From Tubulanus polymorphus (lineage: Eukaryota; Animalia; Nemertea): a stretch of DNA of 64,000 nt. The stretch lies in the NCBI RefSeq assembly GCF_964204645.1, contig NC_134027.1:21104560-21168559 (forward strand), written 5' to 3'. Shown one piece after another: positions 12,761 to 26,357 of this stretch. Positions within the stretch are counted from its first letter, which is position 1, and the number at the start of each line of letters is the position of its first letter. The translations under genes and the position numbers were made by a program. Below the pieces are notes generated by a model. The model saw nothing but the letters and a program-made list of their open reading frames with translations. It searched no databases and had not been told where the DNA came from.

Positions 12761-14164
12761 TCTGGTTGCTACATAATTCTAGAAACTTAAATATATATCT
12801 TTACAAGCTAGATAGGTTTATAACATGTCTGACACATTCTCAAAGACATTACTAGTATAACTGCTTAGAAATAGATGTCAAACTATTGTTACAAACACTA
12901 TCACTATCAAATCGATGCTCAATAAAGTAAAACGTTCACTGTCTCCAGTATGTGACGAGAATGAACAAAGAAGATATAACATAAAATGCATACAGATACA
13001 CACTAAATAAATAACAGTTCTTGAAATTAATAATAATAATATATAGTACTAAATAATATCTGGGACCAACTACGCTATAGGAACAACCGTAATACGTTGT
13101 CCCGACGTTTAATGAATCTGGAATTGATCTCGTCGTAAGCGGAAGGGTCTGTGTCCTTCCAGAAATGTTATGAAATGTGCTGCTCGTTGAAGCGGCGGAT
13201 ATGCGAGCTCTCCGATAGACACTTTAGAATACCACCAGGAACATACGTTATATCTTCAGAACAAATATTTGTTTCAAATTAATTTCGTCGGTCTTTGATA
13301 TGGATTCATATCTTGGTCGTTGTGTCATTTAATCGATTCTGGGTCATCGACAAACGTTGGGTCTACCACCACGATCAGCTTGATCAACACCGGCATTTCC
13401 TTGATATTCATTGTGATCTATTCAGGACGGATTATTAGCGCATGTTGAACTGATTTGAACAAATTTTGGACCAGTCGCACGAATTGTGAGACTTAACCGT
13501 TTAAATCGTAGCTAAGTCTCATCCCGCTAATGGGAAATTTTCTTCACTTGGTTTTCTCATCGCTTCGAAATTTGTTTTCACGATTCTTTTTTAAGTCGAA
13601 AAAAATTCCAGCAAACCGAATCACCCACCAAAGATAGTACGTTGTAGTAGTACGCTGTCCAGGACCTCACCCCCCAAAAGGCGTGATCAAATCCCTGGAT
13701 CGGATGATCCTGCATACTTTTGTCTGACTTTCACTGGTAACACGAGTACGAGCGCGTTTTGCCGGCCGATCACCATCGTGCACTGCGTACATGCTGATAT
13801 AACTTCGAGACAGACAGGTTACTGGAGAACGGGCCTACTCAAATTTGGCCAGTAGGGCGTCCCGAAAAAGAAAGCCGCTTAAATACGGGTCCGCGGCTCT
13901 TTTTGAGGGGCAGTTCTATTTCAAGAAAAAGGGCCTTTCATCGTGAAAAAAGCACAGAATATGATCTTATTTATGATTTTTCGATAACCTTAACTTTAAA
14001 TCACGTTGAATTTAATACCGTCAACAACATTACTTAAGTAGTAAATTAGTGGAATAAATTTTAAATTTAAATTTAAATTTTAAATTTTCCCTAATTTCCC
14101 TGGGAGACTTTAAGGGAGGTGCGAACCCGCACTCCCTTTGGATCCGCCGCCCCTGTACAAAATC

Positions 14165-14928
14165 CAGGGGCGGATACAGGGGGTCGCACCTGCGGCACGT
14201 GCGACCCCTTGAATTTGTCAAGTGCCCTTTTCAAAAAGATTCACATGAAAATACCGTCCGGCCCGCTACAGCGCCCGCAAAAATACGACGTCCGGACCTA
14301 TGAAATGAATTATAAATTTGAATATATATTGCCAAAAAGGGCACGTTATATTGCAAAAAATGGCACGTTTTATTGAATCAATTGCCAAAAAGGGAACATC
14401 ATATTGAATCAATTGCCAAAAGGCACGTTATATTGCCAAAAAGATTGTCAAAAAGGGCACGTTAATTTTCCAAAAATTCAGAAAAGGGCTCCAAAAATCG
14501 TTTGAAAAATCCTGTTATGGGCAGAATTATTCTCCAAAATGAGGGATTGCAAAAAAATTGCAAAAAAATCCTAAAGGCACATTGCATTGCCAAAAGGGTG
14601 CGTTCATCAAAAATTCAGAAAAGGGCTAAAAAAATATTCGGCTCAAAAATATGACTAAATAACTATCACATTCTAAAAGGGGCACATTCAAATTGCAATA
14701 AATATTAAAAGTGGTTTGTTATTGCCTAAAATTCAGACAAGGGTATTTTTTGCTATTTTGATGCCTCAGATGCTCTGATACGTAGCTGGGCTTCAATTTT
14801 TAAAACGTTCTATAAACCCTTGGTGGCTTCGTACCTTCGGTGCTCGCCTCGCCGTGGTAATACAAATCCGGACAGGTGCCCTCTTGAATGAGTGCTACCC
14901 CTTGAATTTGGGCCTAGATCCGCCCCTG
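14165..14928. mobile_element. CAGGGG...CCCCTG MITE with 5-bp TSD and internal short tandem repeats
   Basis: TIR CAGGGGCGGAT / ATCCGCCCCTG. Exact TSD AAATC on both sides. Internal TTGCCAAAAAGGGCAC-like repeats. Confidence 0.8.
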
Positions 14929-15285
14929 AAATCTAGAACGAAACACTCGAGACATGGCCTGATAACCGACCGCGCGTAAAAAATGATATCGCTTTTTGAG
15001 ACCATGACGTGCTGCCATCTACTGGTACTCCCAATGAACTTGTGTCCATTATAGCGGACACAGTGCTGATGATCATTTACTCGATGATAAGGTAAAGTGT
15101 TTTATTCTTTAATGAAAGTACATCTATTATTGTACTATTCAATGCGATATTTTAGGTTGGTTTCAGGCGGTCGAGCTATAAACTTCATACTGGTGCGTGG
15201 AGGGATGCAAAAACGAGCAAAATAATTTTTTATAGTCTGTGCAAATTACGTCTAGGTCCCAGGCCTAGGTGTACATGGACCACAG

Positions 15286-15411
15286 GCACTCGCCGATGGG
15301 CTTGGGATAGACTACTATTCCTGGGGTTTTTGATAGTGTTAAACATGAATACGCTATCAAAAACCCTAGTAACTGTACGTATCCCAAGCCCATCAGCATC
15401 GGCGAGTGCTT
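15286..15411. repeat. Near-perfect palindrome (fold-back mini element)
   Basis: GCACTCGCCGATGGGCTTGGGATA...GGGTTTTTGATAG pairs with CTATCAAAAACCC...TATCCCAAGCCCATC...CATCGGCGAGTGC. Confidence 0.75.
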
Positions 15412-15795
15412 GCGCATGGACGAAAACCAGTGCGAACTTTGCTTTTTGTGGTTAGTCCTGTTGAACAAGAGGTCTGGACGTATGATTGAACGTACTGTAG
15501 TTTTATCTGAGGTGTTTTTTTAAAATCATTTTGAATACCGAGAAGATAATAGAAGGGTGTCATGGTGAGGTCGAGAAAAAAGAAACGAATTAAGATTTGA
15601 CTCTGGGTTAACTCATTGAAAATAAACTAACTTATACTCAGAGTAAACTAACTCATTCCTATGGAACTTGGTCCAGCGTTTGAACATATTGAGTATTAGA
15701 GTCTTCACGTCAGTGTCAGTGAATATTTCAATAGCTTTGCACTCAAATGAAATGCTATTGCTAAAATTTCATTAAGATAAACACTAGGTCTAATG

Positions 15796-16214
15796 GGTCA
15801 TCCTTATTACCGAGATGACATAATTTACCGAGATCAACCGAGATGACATGAAATATAGCATATTTATTTATTCCTTATCGATTTTAACATTTGAAATCAT
15901 ATTATATCAGTAATAAATACCTTCTAGAGTCATATTTTTCCGGATATTTTGGAAAAAAAAATTTGACTTCAAATACGTAATCTCTTTTAGCAATAAAATT
16001 TCATTGAATTTGATTGATCGACGATCTCATCTCGGTAAAGTTAAAAGTTATGTTTCTACAAAAATATCCGACTAAATATGTAAAATATGACTCCAGCAGG
16101 CATTTATTACTGATATAATATGATTTCAAGTGTTAAAATCGATAAGGAATAAATGAATATGTTATATTTCATTTCATCTCAGTAAAATACGTAGTCTCGG
16201 TAATAAGGATGACC
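15796..16214. mobile_element. Fold-back MITE with long terminal inverted repeats
   Basis: GGTCATCCTTATTACCGAGA / TCTCGGTAATAAGGATGACC. The inverted match extends over 100 bp inward (TTCCTTATCGATTTTAACA.TTGAAATCATATTATATCAGTAATAAAT). Confidence 0.85.
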
Positions 16215-17784
16215 GGGTAAATCGTTTAGTGGTTTGATATGTAGGCTTACATGCAATGCATTTTGGACATAGGCCTATATGATGCGCGTCGAAGCACGGG
16301 TGATCAATGAATATCAGGCCGGTCCGAAACAAAAATGGGTTGGTTCAATCAATGATTTTTAAGGTAAAATTTCCTTAAATCTATAAAATTTCTGTGTAGA
16401 AAGAACCTCTTTGAAGCGTGTCACGGAAAGATTAGGTACGAAAAGATGATTAGATTTAGCTCGTTATTCAGATCGGTTGTGAACGCAACATTTGTCGCGG
16501 CTTTTTAAATCAAATGCCTCGGAATATCGGGAAAATGAAGGGTTAACGCCCTTTAGAACGACGATAGGTTGCTCTTCACAGTTTTCATTTCAACTTGAGT
16601 GGGAAATTCACTAGGCCTATATGAAAACAAAATATCATTTGCCTATCACTAGTAGAATTTCGCCAATGAGCCAAAAATTTTTTTCTCAAGTATCAGTCTG
16701 ACTCACAATGACCTAGTAACTAGGACTGTAGGGACATTGAACTCCTAGGCCTAATGAATATATTGCATTGCTACTGCATGTAGCATTTTTTTATCCATCG
16801 ATATCAGACTGTCATAAATCGAAACGCTTTGGAGAACCTTTTTACAGTGTTGCCAGACTTACGAAAATCGAAACTTTCAACAAAAAAATTCTCGGAAATT
16901 TTCTGCCATTATACTTCGTCTAATAAACGAAACTTGTTTTGTTTTTATTTATTGATGAGCGATAGTTTAGTCGGCATACGGCTCCCGTAATGCTGAAAAA
17001 AACCGCTCAGCGGATGTTCAGAAACGTTGCTATGACGTCATCGCCTATTCATTAGCATAACAAAACAATGTAGTTGGCGCCACGTTTCGGGCCGCGAAAG
17101 CCGTTTTTCAGCATTACGATACGGGGAACGATCTTTAATTTGATATCCGGAAATATTATAGCTAGGCGCTGGCAACACTGTTTTTTTAAACTCCGATGCT
17201 CGCTTCAAGCCAAAGTTTTTCCGGGAATTAATGTTTCAATTCCGATGAAAATGCGTTATAGTAGCCGCGTTCAAACGGAGACAATTCGGCCCGGGCCAAA
17301 TCGGCACGGATCAGACCCGAGTGATATTTGGTCCATGCCTACCATATTTTCCGGCCAATAAGCCGATTTTCTAGCCTCAGATTTTTACCCAAAATATCGT
17401 GATCGGCTTATTGGGCGGATACGATCTGACATAAAAAATCAGGCTTGCTCGGTCCAACGTTCGAGAATTGCTCGTAGGTCCAACAGACTTATCATATGCG
17501 AGGCTGTTGAATCTCTAATGCAGTATCAATCTGCTTATGACCCTTACAGAAACAATAATTTGATGGATGAAATCAAGACGATCTGATTTACCAAGCTTTA
17601 CCGCTGCTAAAATGTGTCTGTTCCGTCGAGCCCTAGATGAGGCGAAGTTATGACAATTAGTTTTTGTATGGATGACCATCGCGTGTTGATTATCTGAGGG
17701 TTGGGTCCAGGACAGATAAGTCTAATACCTAGGCCAATTAGCCGCTCAATCCTTTTTTTTTCTTCTTTCCTTTTTATTTGATCT

Positions 17785-17990
17785 TAAAATAGGGATTGTC
17801 CGTTATTTATTTGGTTGGTAAATTTTGTTTGATTTTTTGATTGAGTGTCCCTTAAAGGCCCACCACACCTGCCGGGAGCGAAACAGGGGGTTTGATTTTG
17901 AAATCGGAAATCAAAGTACAGTTCATCGGCGGTCGAGTTTACAGAATTTTTTGTTTAAATCGAAGTACATTTATTGGGAAATTCAAACAA
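17785..17990 (+). repeat. Dispersed repeat, also at about 44585-44770 and 62900-63030
   Basis: Shared CCACCACACCTRCCGGRAGCGAAACAGGGGGTTTGATTTT.AAATCGGAA core. Confidence 0.7.
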
Positions 17991-18439
17991 TCTTCCATTC
18001 AGTCTGAACCGGGAAGCGACTGATTGGGCTGAATTTTTCTGGCCGCCTAATTTAATACATCGAAATTTTGGAAATAGCTATATTGAAGATCATTTTGCCC
18101 ATTTTAAAATTTTTTCGGTTGTTTTCTACGTGTAAATAGTCCATTAGTTTATTGTAGTTTTCTCGGGTAGATGTTGATGTAGATAGTCATCTAAGTTGAT
18201 TGTTCTGCGTGTTGACTAGATAGAAAGGAATGTGTCTGTTCCATCGAGCGCTAGATGAGGCGAAGTCATGACAATAAGTTTTTGTATGGACGACCATCGT
18301 GTGTCACTTATCTGAGATGAGACTCATACCTGGGCTAATTAGCCTCGATCTTTTGGTTTGGGCCAACCGTTCACATGGACGCCAAACAGGCCCATGCCTC
18401 TTTGGTCGAAACAAAAACGTCAGACTAGACCTGATCGGG

Positions 18440-19015
18440 TCAAATTGTTATGTGTGAATTGTAACGAATTCTGAAATTAACTCCCTTCGCTTTTTTACTA
18501 TCGAGTAATAAGTTTATGTACAGTGAACACGTTCTCTCATCAGGCATCGGCCAAAGTCGACTCTCCGGGCCAAATCTTCTCCATATGATCGCAGCTAATG
18601 ATAGCGCATGGCAAAATACATCAAGGTGTTTCACGTTGGTGATAGTATTTTTCCTGAATGAAAATTTCAGTTCGTCGTCGGCTAAGCCATCGACGAAATG
18701 CCTTAACGCGCATTGATATTCGCCCTTTGAATGCGGTCGGGCATTGGTCGACCTTGCGACGCGATGCGGTCGTCGCGTTGCGTCACAAGTGGGGGCGTAA
18801 GTCGGTTGCGACGCGATTGTCTGCGGCGTTGCTCCCAGTCGCAAGAGCGCGTAGATCGGTTGCGACGGTTGCGTCGCATCGCAGAAAGTAGAACATATGC
18901 GACTCGCGTCGCTGGCAGTCGCAATGGAGCGTAGGTCGGTTGGTTGTTTCGACGCGATTGTCGCTGGCGGCCGCAATGAGTCGCAAGCCGTCGCAAGGCC
19001 GACCTACGCCCGGCT
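18440..19015 (-). mobile_element. PIF/Harbinger-like element remnant (GC-rich terminal region plus possible transposase N-terminal fragment)
   Basis: Terminus GCCCGGCT-TAA; GTCGC/GCGAC-rich subterminal repeats. GEYQCALRHFVDGLADDELKFSF loosely resembles Harbinger transposase N-termini. Confidence 0.4.
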
Positions 19016-19971
19016 TAAGGGAATAAGTCATATTTATGAATGGAACAACCAGGGTAGGATAGATTAACGCCAACATTATATGAATAAGTAATAACGTGGA
19101 TAATTTTCTGATATGATCAAACATATACCTTTCACAAGGTCCCTACTACTACTCCTCGGTCCATTTGAAAACTCCTAAACAGAAAGTGCTTTTGAAGATC
19201 GTGCTTAAAACTCCTTTATTTTGAACGAAATGCTCAAAACTCCTTCAACATTCTTTTCAAATTAGAAATTTTTGTAACTTAGATGGAAAATGCTTTTGAA
19301 GACCATGCTTGAAACTTATTTTGAACAAAATGCCCAAAACTCCTTTAATTTTGAGATTTAAGGAAAAATAAGAATTTTTGTAAAGAAACGGAAAATGCTT
19401 TCGAAGACCATGCTTGATTTATCAGTGTTTATAGAATGAACAAAAAGTCAGTTATTGACATAAAGTGGCCCAAATAAAATTGTTTTAATAAACATTATAA
19501 GCAGGACTCGAACCCATAAACAGCGGCAAAGTGAAGGTCATCTTGGTTGGATATCGGAAACTGGTTGCAGAAGGGCTCAGGTCTACAAAAACGCCGCACA
19601 ACTAGTGGTAGTCGCTGCGGCGCGTTTGCTGAAAGTTCAACATGTTCAACTCATAGCGACTGGCAGTTTTTCCATCGCCGACCCGTCGCTGTCAGTTGTA
19701 GAAGCGCTCAGGTCGCCGCAACTGGCAAAAAACCAGTCGCTGACGATCGTTGCCAGAACTTTTGCTCGAATCAGTCGCTTCCAGTTGTAGTCGCAGTTGT
19801 AAGCGCGACCTGAGTGCCCCTTAAAAACTCCTTGCAAACTCATCAGGATTGACTGATCTGTTGGGACCCTGTTTTAATCATCAATAAAATACTAATATAC
19901 TGGCCTAATTTTTTGAGTTACCAACACAATGCCAAGGTCAGCGACCGGTTGCTCAAAAGTTGGTCAGTCAG

Positions 19972-20098
19972 GGGCCGGTTGCTCAAAAGTTGGTTAGAGT
20001 TAACCAGTGGATAGTTGATATGGTGACAATTGAAATTTCATTGTTATTATGGTATTTAACGGGCGGTTATCTTTAACCAACTTTTGAGCAACTGACCC
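19972..20098. mobile_element. Palindromic about 130-bp MITE (Harbinger-type, CAG TSD); further copies at 41132-41258 and 41650-41988
   Basis: GGGCCGGTTGCTCAAAAGTTGGTTA ... TAACCAACTTTTGAGCAACTGACCC flanked by CAG/CAG. Confidence 0.75.
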
Positions 20099-21149
20099 CA
20101 GAGAATTTGTGATGAGACGCCACCATTTTGGAGTTTGTACAAGATTTTAGAAATCAGCTAAACGCTGAACTGCCATTTGCCTGACTATTATCAACTGCCC
20201 TTTTCCACGAAAAGGTACTCTTTTTACGCAAAACTTTAACATAAAAAAGATTTAGTTAGGCTCTGATCGATAGAACTTTTTTTTTGGCTATTTGATTTTT
20301 TCACAAGACATTGAGGCAGTCTTGCCTTAAAATGTCATCTAATCAAAATAGATAGTAATTAATATGTACCTGGTATTGAAACATGTTAATACAGTAAACC
20401 TAGTCAGATGTTTCTGATTTTTGTGTTATTGTGGTTTATAGCTGCGATCACACTGAGACGACACGGATCAGACTCGAGCAAAATTTGGCCCGTGCCTAAT
20501 TAGAGAGTGCTCACACGTAAACCACTCACTCGCCACTGAACAATGCTCTTTTAAACAAAGCAAAGTCATTTCCGGTACCAGTTGCAATTCAAAGGCAATC
20601 ATTTGTCCTGTGCAAAAATTTGGCGAGGGCTTGGTCCGATGTTTTTGGTCGGGCCAAACAGGCTCGGGCCCATTTGGCACCTGTGTGAGCGAACAGTTGT
20701 TCCGCGCCAAAAAGGCTCGAGTGATGGCTGCTTATGTCTTGCTGTGTACGCTGGGCTAAGTGATCTTGATTAGGATCAATGAAAATACTACCGTTTCCAA
20801 AGAAAAAATGGGGCGTAAAGAGTTTTCATCCAAGAGCGTTGTATTCGATTTATATTCATCCTGGAAGACGACTTTCCTACTTAACATATATTTCATACTG
20901 AACAGAAAAAGGCATTATCAGATTTTAGGGACTCGCACAAACAAAGTAACCCCTCCAGCGCTGGGCATGATCGGGCAGTTATTTTTTTTCTTTCGTTTCT
21001 CATTTCAAATATGATTCCGTATTGATAGTCTTTTTCTGTGTATGCAGGTCGAATGAAGATGTACTTTTTTTGCGCTAAAGTACGTCTAGTCTTTCCATGA
21101 ACTCTGATACGATACGTTGATGACACAGGGCGAAATAATCGATAAACCG

Positions 21150-21489
21150 CGGGGCTATCTCCGGTCTATTAAAGAAGTTAATAAGAGTGTTCTATCGGGG
21201 AGGCGCGGTTGGGTTATTCGTGGAGCGCGCAACCCCCGTTAAAACTCTCATTGTTTTCACATCATCGACGATGCATCGGATTAATAAACCCCGTACCCAG
21301 CGCGATATTGAATCATAGCTCGTAGAAAGATTTCTACTCTACTGCTCGAAATACTCGCGTCGACCTAATTCAAGCGATTTTACTAACGCAGGATTTTCGG
21401 CGTTGTAAATAATTTCAGGTTGGTTCGGATTAGAGAATGCGCCGCATAAGATACTGAAACAAAGAGGATTTATGGATTTTTCTATAACG
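21150..21489 (+). promoter_or_regulatory. Candidate promoter and non-coding first exon of the nuclear receptor
   Basis: Apparently unique, CpG-rich block ending in a consensus donor CG|GTAAGT (21490). The ATG exon has an acceptor (ttgcag at 33601), so an upstream UTR exon is expected. Confidence 0.4.
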
Positions 21490-21625
21490 GTAAGTGTTGA
21501 TTAAGTTCTTTTTTTTTGTTGAAAACTTCATTAATAATAGTATAGACTCCCCCAGTCAGATCAGATTAACGTACTCGGGATGTTTATGTTGGAATGTATT
21601 CGGGACACTCTTAATGAAATATATT

Positions 21626-22046
21626 AGCTGCGTTCACACTAGGATTTCAGTACGGTACTAAGTGTTCGCGCTAGGAAATTATTCGAGGCCTAATCGCGGC
21701 TTATTCAGTTCCGTATTTAAATACGCGGCTTATTAAGCCTGGAATGCGATTCTTTGCTGAAAACGTGATGTCAGTATGACACTGAGCTGACCGCGTATTT
21801 TCTGTAGTGTGAACGCAGATTCGGCGCTTTAGCCGCGTATTTACATCCTCGTAGTATAAAACACTGAACACTAATTACACTCCCCTCTATTGGCACACTG
21901 GGTGACTACTATACTGAGCTTACTGAGTGCTTAATTGTCGACTCGTAGTGTGAACGTAACTGGCTGAATAAGTGCTGTATTTTGGTGAATTTGGCACCAG
22001 CGAAGTACGGTACTTCGTAAGCGCCGAATCTAGTGTGAACGCGGCT
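21626..22046. mobile_element. Harbinger-type MITE (AGCTGCGTTCACACT / AGTGTGAACGCGGCT); relatives at 20440-20760, 29178-29309 and 32540-32785
   Basis: Terminal inverted repeats with 3-bp A/T flanks; the 29178 copy has TAT/TAT. Confidence 0.7.
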
Positions 22047-22482
22047 ATAATTTCCAACTCCGATGATACGATTCAAGTCAGACACATTTTGCCACCTAAG
22101 GTCCTACTCGAGCGGAGTCAAGTTAAATTTGAATCATTCATACACTACGTTTGTATTGAATTACGTGTGTCTGAAATGCTTTATTCATCCATTCATGAAT
22201 GTATGTCACCAACGAGCAATTATCTGAACTTAGATGTCACTAAGTATGCAAACATGTCAATTGCACTCTTTTGCTACGAAACAAAGTTACATTTCTGGGC
22301 ATCATTAGGCTTTATTAGGGCTTCCCAATACTTCACTGAAAGCTCTTATGTTCATCTTCTCGTGTTTATTATTATGAATTTTTTCACCTTTTCACACTCT
22401 CCAAATATTGTACATTGCTCAACAATATTTACAGTCTCCCTATGACTCATTGATTCCTTTTCGCGCTTTTAAAGTTACTTAA

Positions 22483-22772
22483 CCCTTTCAGTGCTGGCTA
22501 ATTAATACCCTATAGTGCTGAAGCTAATTTGAAAATTCTAAAAAATTCCACCCTAGTGTTTTGAATAACGGGAATACCACTATAGTGCATCTACACCGCG
22601 GTGCAGTGTATCGTTAGTTACTCAATAGTATTTCACTGTTTGACAGGTGCTGCCATTTTTCAATAGAGAAAATTAGTAATTACTAATTAAATCAATACAC
22701 TGCAGTGCGGTGTACTAGCAAAATCCATCACTGATTTGTACACAGCACTGCGGTGTAGACGCACTGAAAGGG
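22483..22772 (+). mobile_element. piggyBac-type MITE
   Basis: TTAA-CCCTTTCAGTGC ... GCACTGAAAGGG-TTAA. Confidence 0.85.
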
Positions 22773-23339
22773 TTAAAACTCCTTTCATTTTGAGAAAAAT
22801 GCCCAAAACTCCTTTAAAATACTCTTTCAACGTTTTGAGAAATAGGCAATTAGAAATGCTTGTAGTTGTGTACAGAAAACTATGCCTAAATCGGTTGGGG
22901 CCAGGATATTTTTGTTACCCAATTAGGTGGTTATGGAATTGGATAAAAACTTTTTTCTTATAAAACCACTGAATTAACAGTTTACTGAGATAAGCAGAAC
23001 TGAAGTGATATCAACATGTTACTGGTGCCATCTTCAGACCTACACATTGACCGCACGATTCAGCGGTTAACCCAGGGGAGGATGCCGGGGACGCTTACCC
23101 CCTTAAAAATGTGGAGTTGCCCTGAAATTTCGCGGAAAAAAGGAAATATCAACTGATACCTGAAAGAGTTAAATTTCATAAGCTTGTCCTCTGTATCTCC
23201 AAAAATGAGTTAATGTTTTGTGATGAGCTTTCGGGGTGCCCTTTTATTTGTATGATGTGCGCGGGGTGCCTGTTTTCGGGGTGTAGCCCTCCCTGAATCA
23301 GACTGGTATTGCGGTTCATCATCTGTTTGTGTAATTCGT

Positions 23340-24690
23340 TATATATGTTGGCGCTGTATCACCAATGTGCTGCATTCGATGGGTAACATACCTGCAGCCA
23401 ACTTATTCAAGAGAAATATGTATGAACGTCCAGGGGTCAACGACCCGGTATAGGCTAGGTGGCAGATCTGAACCGTGTATTTCCAGTTAGAATGTTCATG
23501 AACCGATGCTAGAGCGTATTCCATCAATCGATCAGAAATAGCAAGGTGATATTGATGTCCATGATAAGTTGGCATATGTTAATTGTACCAGAAGGATAGG
23601 GGTTTTGTGCGTGGGTCTTAATGACAATTCATTGGCCCTAGCGGAAGCTCCTTGTTATGATATCTTAGTTTTCTTGCTCATTGAAGGCCACTGTAATTTG
23701 CCTATTATCTTATGGAAAATATTGCTGAGTTGATTCATTTTTGAGTGTTAGGTGTGAAGTGTTTACATAGATATTTCATATATATTTGTAACTATACGAC
23801 TAGTATACATGTAAAAATTCATTATTTCTGCATATTTACAATTGTAACATCTCATAATACAAGCCTGCATAAGTCGGGGTATGTTGTAATATTATTCAAT
23901 GACCCATTTTTCCGATAAAGCCAAGAATAAAGCCTATAAATATTTAGATTTAGGTTGTATCAATGAGTTGGATTTTAGGATTTAGTCTTTGCTCATTTTG
24001 TTGCGCAATTGTTTGGGTGTCCATTCTGTTTGAATTAAAGTCATAATTTAACTTGACTGACATTTCCAGCTGCTATGGAATAATATTTTGATATTTGGTG
24101 GATTTGCTGGCTTTGGGGCCCTATCAATATCGAACTACCGTGAAAAATTCAGCAAAAATCAGAATAAAGCAAAATAAACCAATAATCTTTCGATGAATTG
24201 AACGAAAATCGCTGTTCCTGTCGGATGGAAAGATTACCTACATTATGAAAACAAATGGCTTAAGTTAAAATTTAAGTTAAAATCCCAGGATTTTGAGTTA
24301 AGTACTGCAGCTAGTGATCAACACCTGTTGTGAAAATTTGGGAAACACTTGTTCGTAAGCTTGATTGAAGCAGGGAGCACCTCACTGATTTAAGGGTATT
24401 GACCATTGATATTTGGATCAAAATGGTCTAATTGGTGGTCTTCTATGTGTGAAGCCAAGAAAAAATATGTCTAATAGCAAGTATTGCGAGTCTTCGACTC
24501 ATATTTTTATAGTGCGAAAACAGCGATTTCGGAAAAATGAATTTCATTATGGATATCTTTCTTGATAAAGTATCGTCAGCAGCATCCGTCTAAATTTAAC
24601 GATTATGCATATTTTCAGAAGAATGCGATAAACTTTAGTTGGCCTTTTGGTTGCCGTTGGTAACTGATAGAGACGTGCGTTCGGGTTATA
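23340..24690 (-). mobile_element. Decayed Penelope-like retroelement (RT plus GIY-YIG relic)
   Basis: Remnants QITVAFNEQEN*DIITR (cf. PxVAFxRxxNLxDxLV) and KYTVQICHLAYTG (cf. IYxIxCxxCxxxYVG of the PLE GIY-YIG), in the expected order. Many stops. Confidence 0.45.
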
Positions 24691-24706
24691 AGGTCACCAA
24701 TGTGTG

Positions 24707-24872
<166 letters not shown>

Positions 24873-25894
24873 TTGAGCGTTTCAGTTATTTCATGAATTT
24901 TCCCCTCAAACCTTTTGCCAGGATGAAACGTGGGTCATGTACGTAGGTGCGGTAAGTGTGCTTACCTGTGTAGTCCCACTTGACCAGTGGTTATACACTA
25001 AAGCTACGTCCTGTTTGCGTTTAATGCATTTAATTTCGGATCGTGGCATACTTTTTCTTTAAAAAGAATGCGTACACGTGCGCAGTGCACAACAAACAGG
25101 TTTATACATGATATAGTATGACTCTTTCGTTCGAATCGCTGTTATCCAGATTTTCACTTATTTCGAACTAAAATTCCAGTCCTCTCTAGGTTGAGAGGAC
25201 ACTATTCGGGTTGTCGTTTAATTCGGACCAAATTTTCCGGCCGTGGGTGATCAGAATTCAAAGAGTTCTACTATATTGCATACAGATTAGTTACTGTGAC
25301 ATGTACAAACACAGTTCGAAGAGGAGAACACGCATACGTATTTCTGGAACATTTTCGGCCATTTTTTTTTTAAATAATTGCGGAGGGGAGAAATTTTTTA
25401 AAGAGAATCCATTTTTTTTTCTTAAAACATTGAATTCATTGTTAAGCGGTCGGGAGGGGAATTCGAAAAGAAAATGAAAAGTTGTCATGTTTTGGATAAT
25501 GATATAGGAATATTGTCTACTCTTTGTTGAAACGCATAGCTGACATCGCCATTTTTCACGAGTCGCGTTTCAACGAATATATCCATAGAACACCGTTTTC
25601 GACATCGATTGTTTTATGTATGATGTCGAAAGATGAAGTGGCACTGGAAAGAATTGTAAATTTTGATTTTAATTTTCATATCTACGCTTAAAAATGAGGT
25701 GCGTCAGAAAGAATATTAAATTTTTTTTTTGGCTAATCGTCTTGTCTGGATTTATTGTAGGATTTCTCTCTAATGCGGATATCGTGCCTCTTCTCTCGGC
25801 CATCAGGTGAAATGTTCGTATGTTGAATACACCCTGGGCGTTTATCGACCGTTTATGAAGGCAGGAAATGAAATGAAAAATACAAAATAGCCTC

Positions 25895-26357
25895 CCTTGA
25901 CCTTTGACCAACAGGACTTGAAATCTAATCTAAAATTATCTATGGTCTCTAGGATAACCCATATATGAAATTTCACCAAGTAATCTTAAACCATCTATGA
26001 GTTAGTGCCTGGAATTGAAAAACAGCTTCCTACTTTGACCATCGACCTATAGGACCTGGAATCGGTTACCCACGGTCAAAAGGATATAGGCCTAACCCAT
26101 CCACAAGATTTCACCGAGCTATCTTAAACTTTTTATGAGTAAGAGCCCGGAAATGAGAATTACGAAATGGCTCCGACTGTGACCTTGACCTCGGTCCTAC
26201 AGGACCCAAAATCTAATCGGTTACTAACCTCATCTAGTACGACACAACAGTTGAATTTTGGGAAAATATGTAAAATGATTCAGGTCCGAGCACACGGAAA
26301 CCACTGCCGACAAATGGACGAGTGACAGTTTAACCTTGTGTTGTGGAGGCATAAAAC
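25895..26357 (+). mobile_element. Second Helentron/pearl-like non-autonomous remnant
   Basis: Degenerate about 140-bp units with TGACCTTTGACC/GACCTTGACC motifs; ends GGACGAGTGACAG...GGAGGCATAAAA. Confidence 0.45.

Noticed and set aside
13060-13600. Coding-like minus-strand fragment (HFWKDTDPSAYDEINSRFIKRR)
   Set aside because: Interrupted by stops with no recognisable motif; cannot be assigned.
18658-19843. Stacked Arg/Ala-rich ORFs on both strands
   Set aside because: Produced by GC-rich GTCGC/GCGAC subterminal repeats of Harbinger-like elements; no protein-like composition.
25895-26200. Multiple TGACCT/TGACC half-sites
   Set aside because: They are the internal motif of a pearl/Helentron-like repeat, so they were not counted as evidence of specific regulation.
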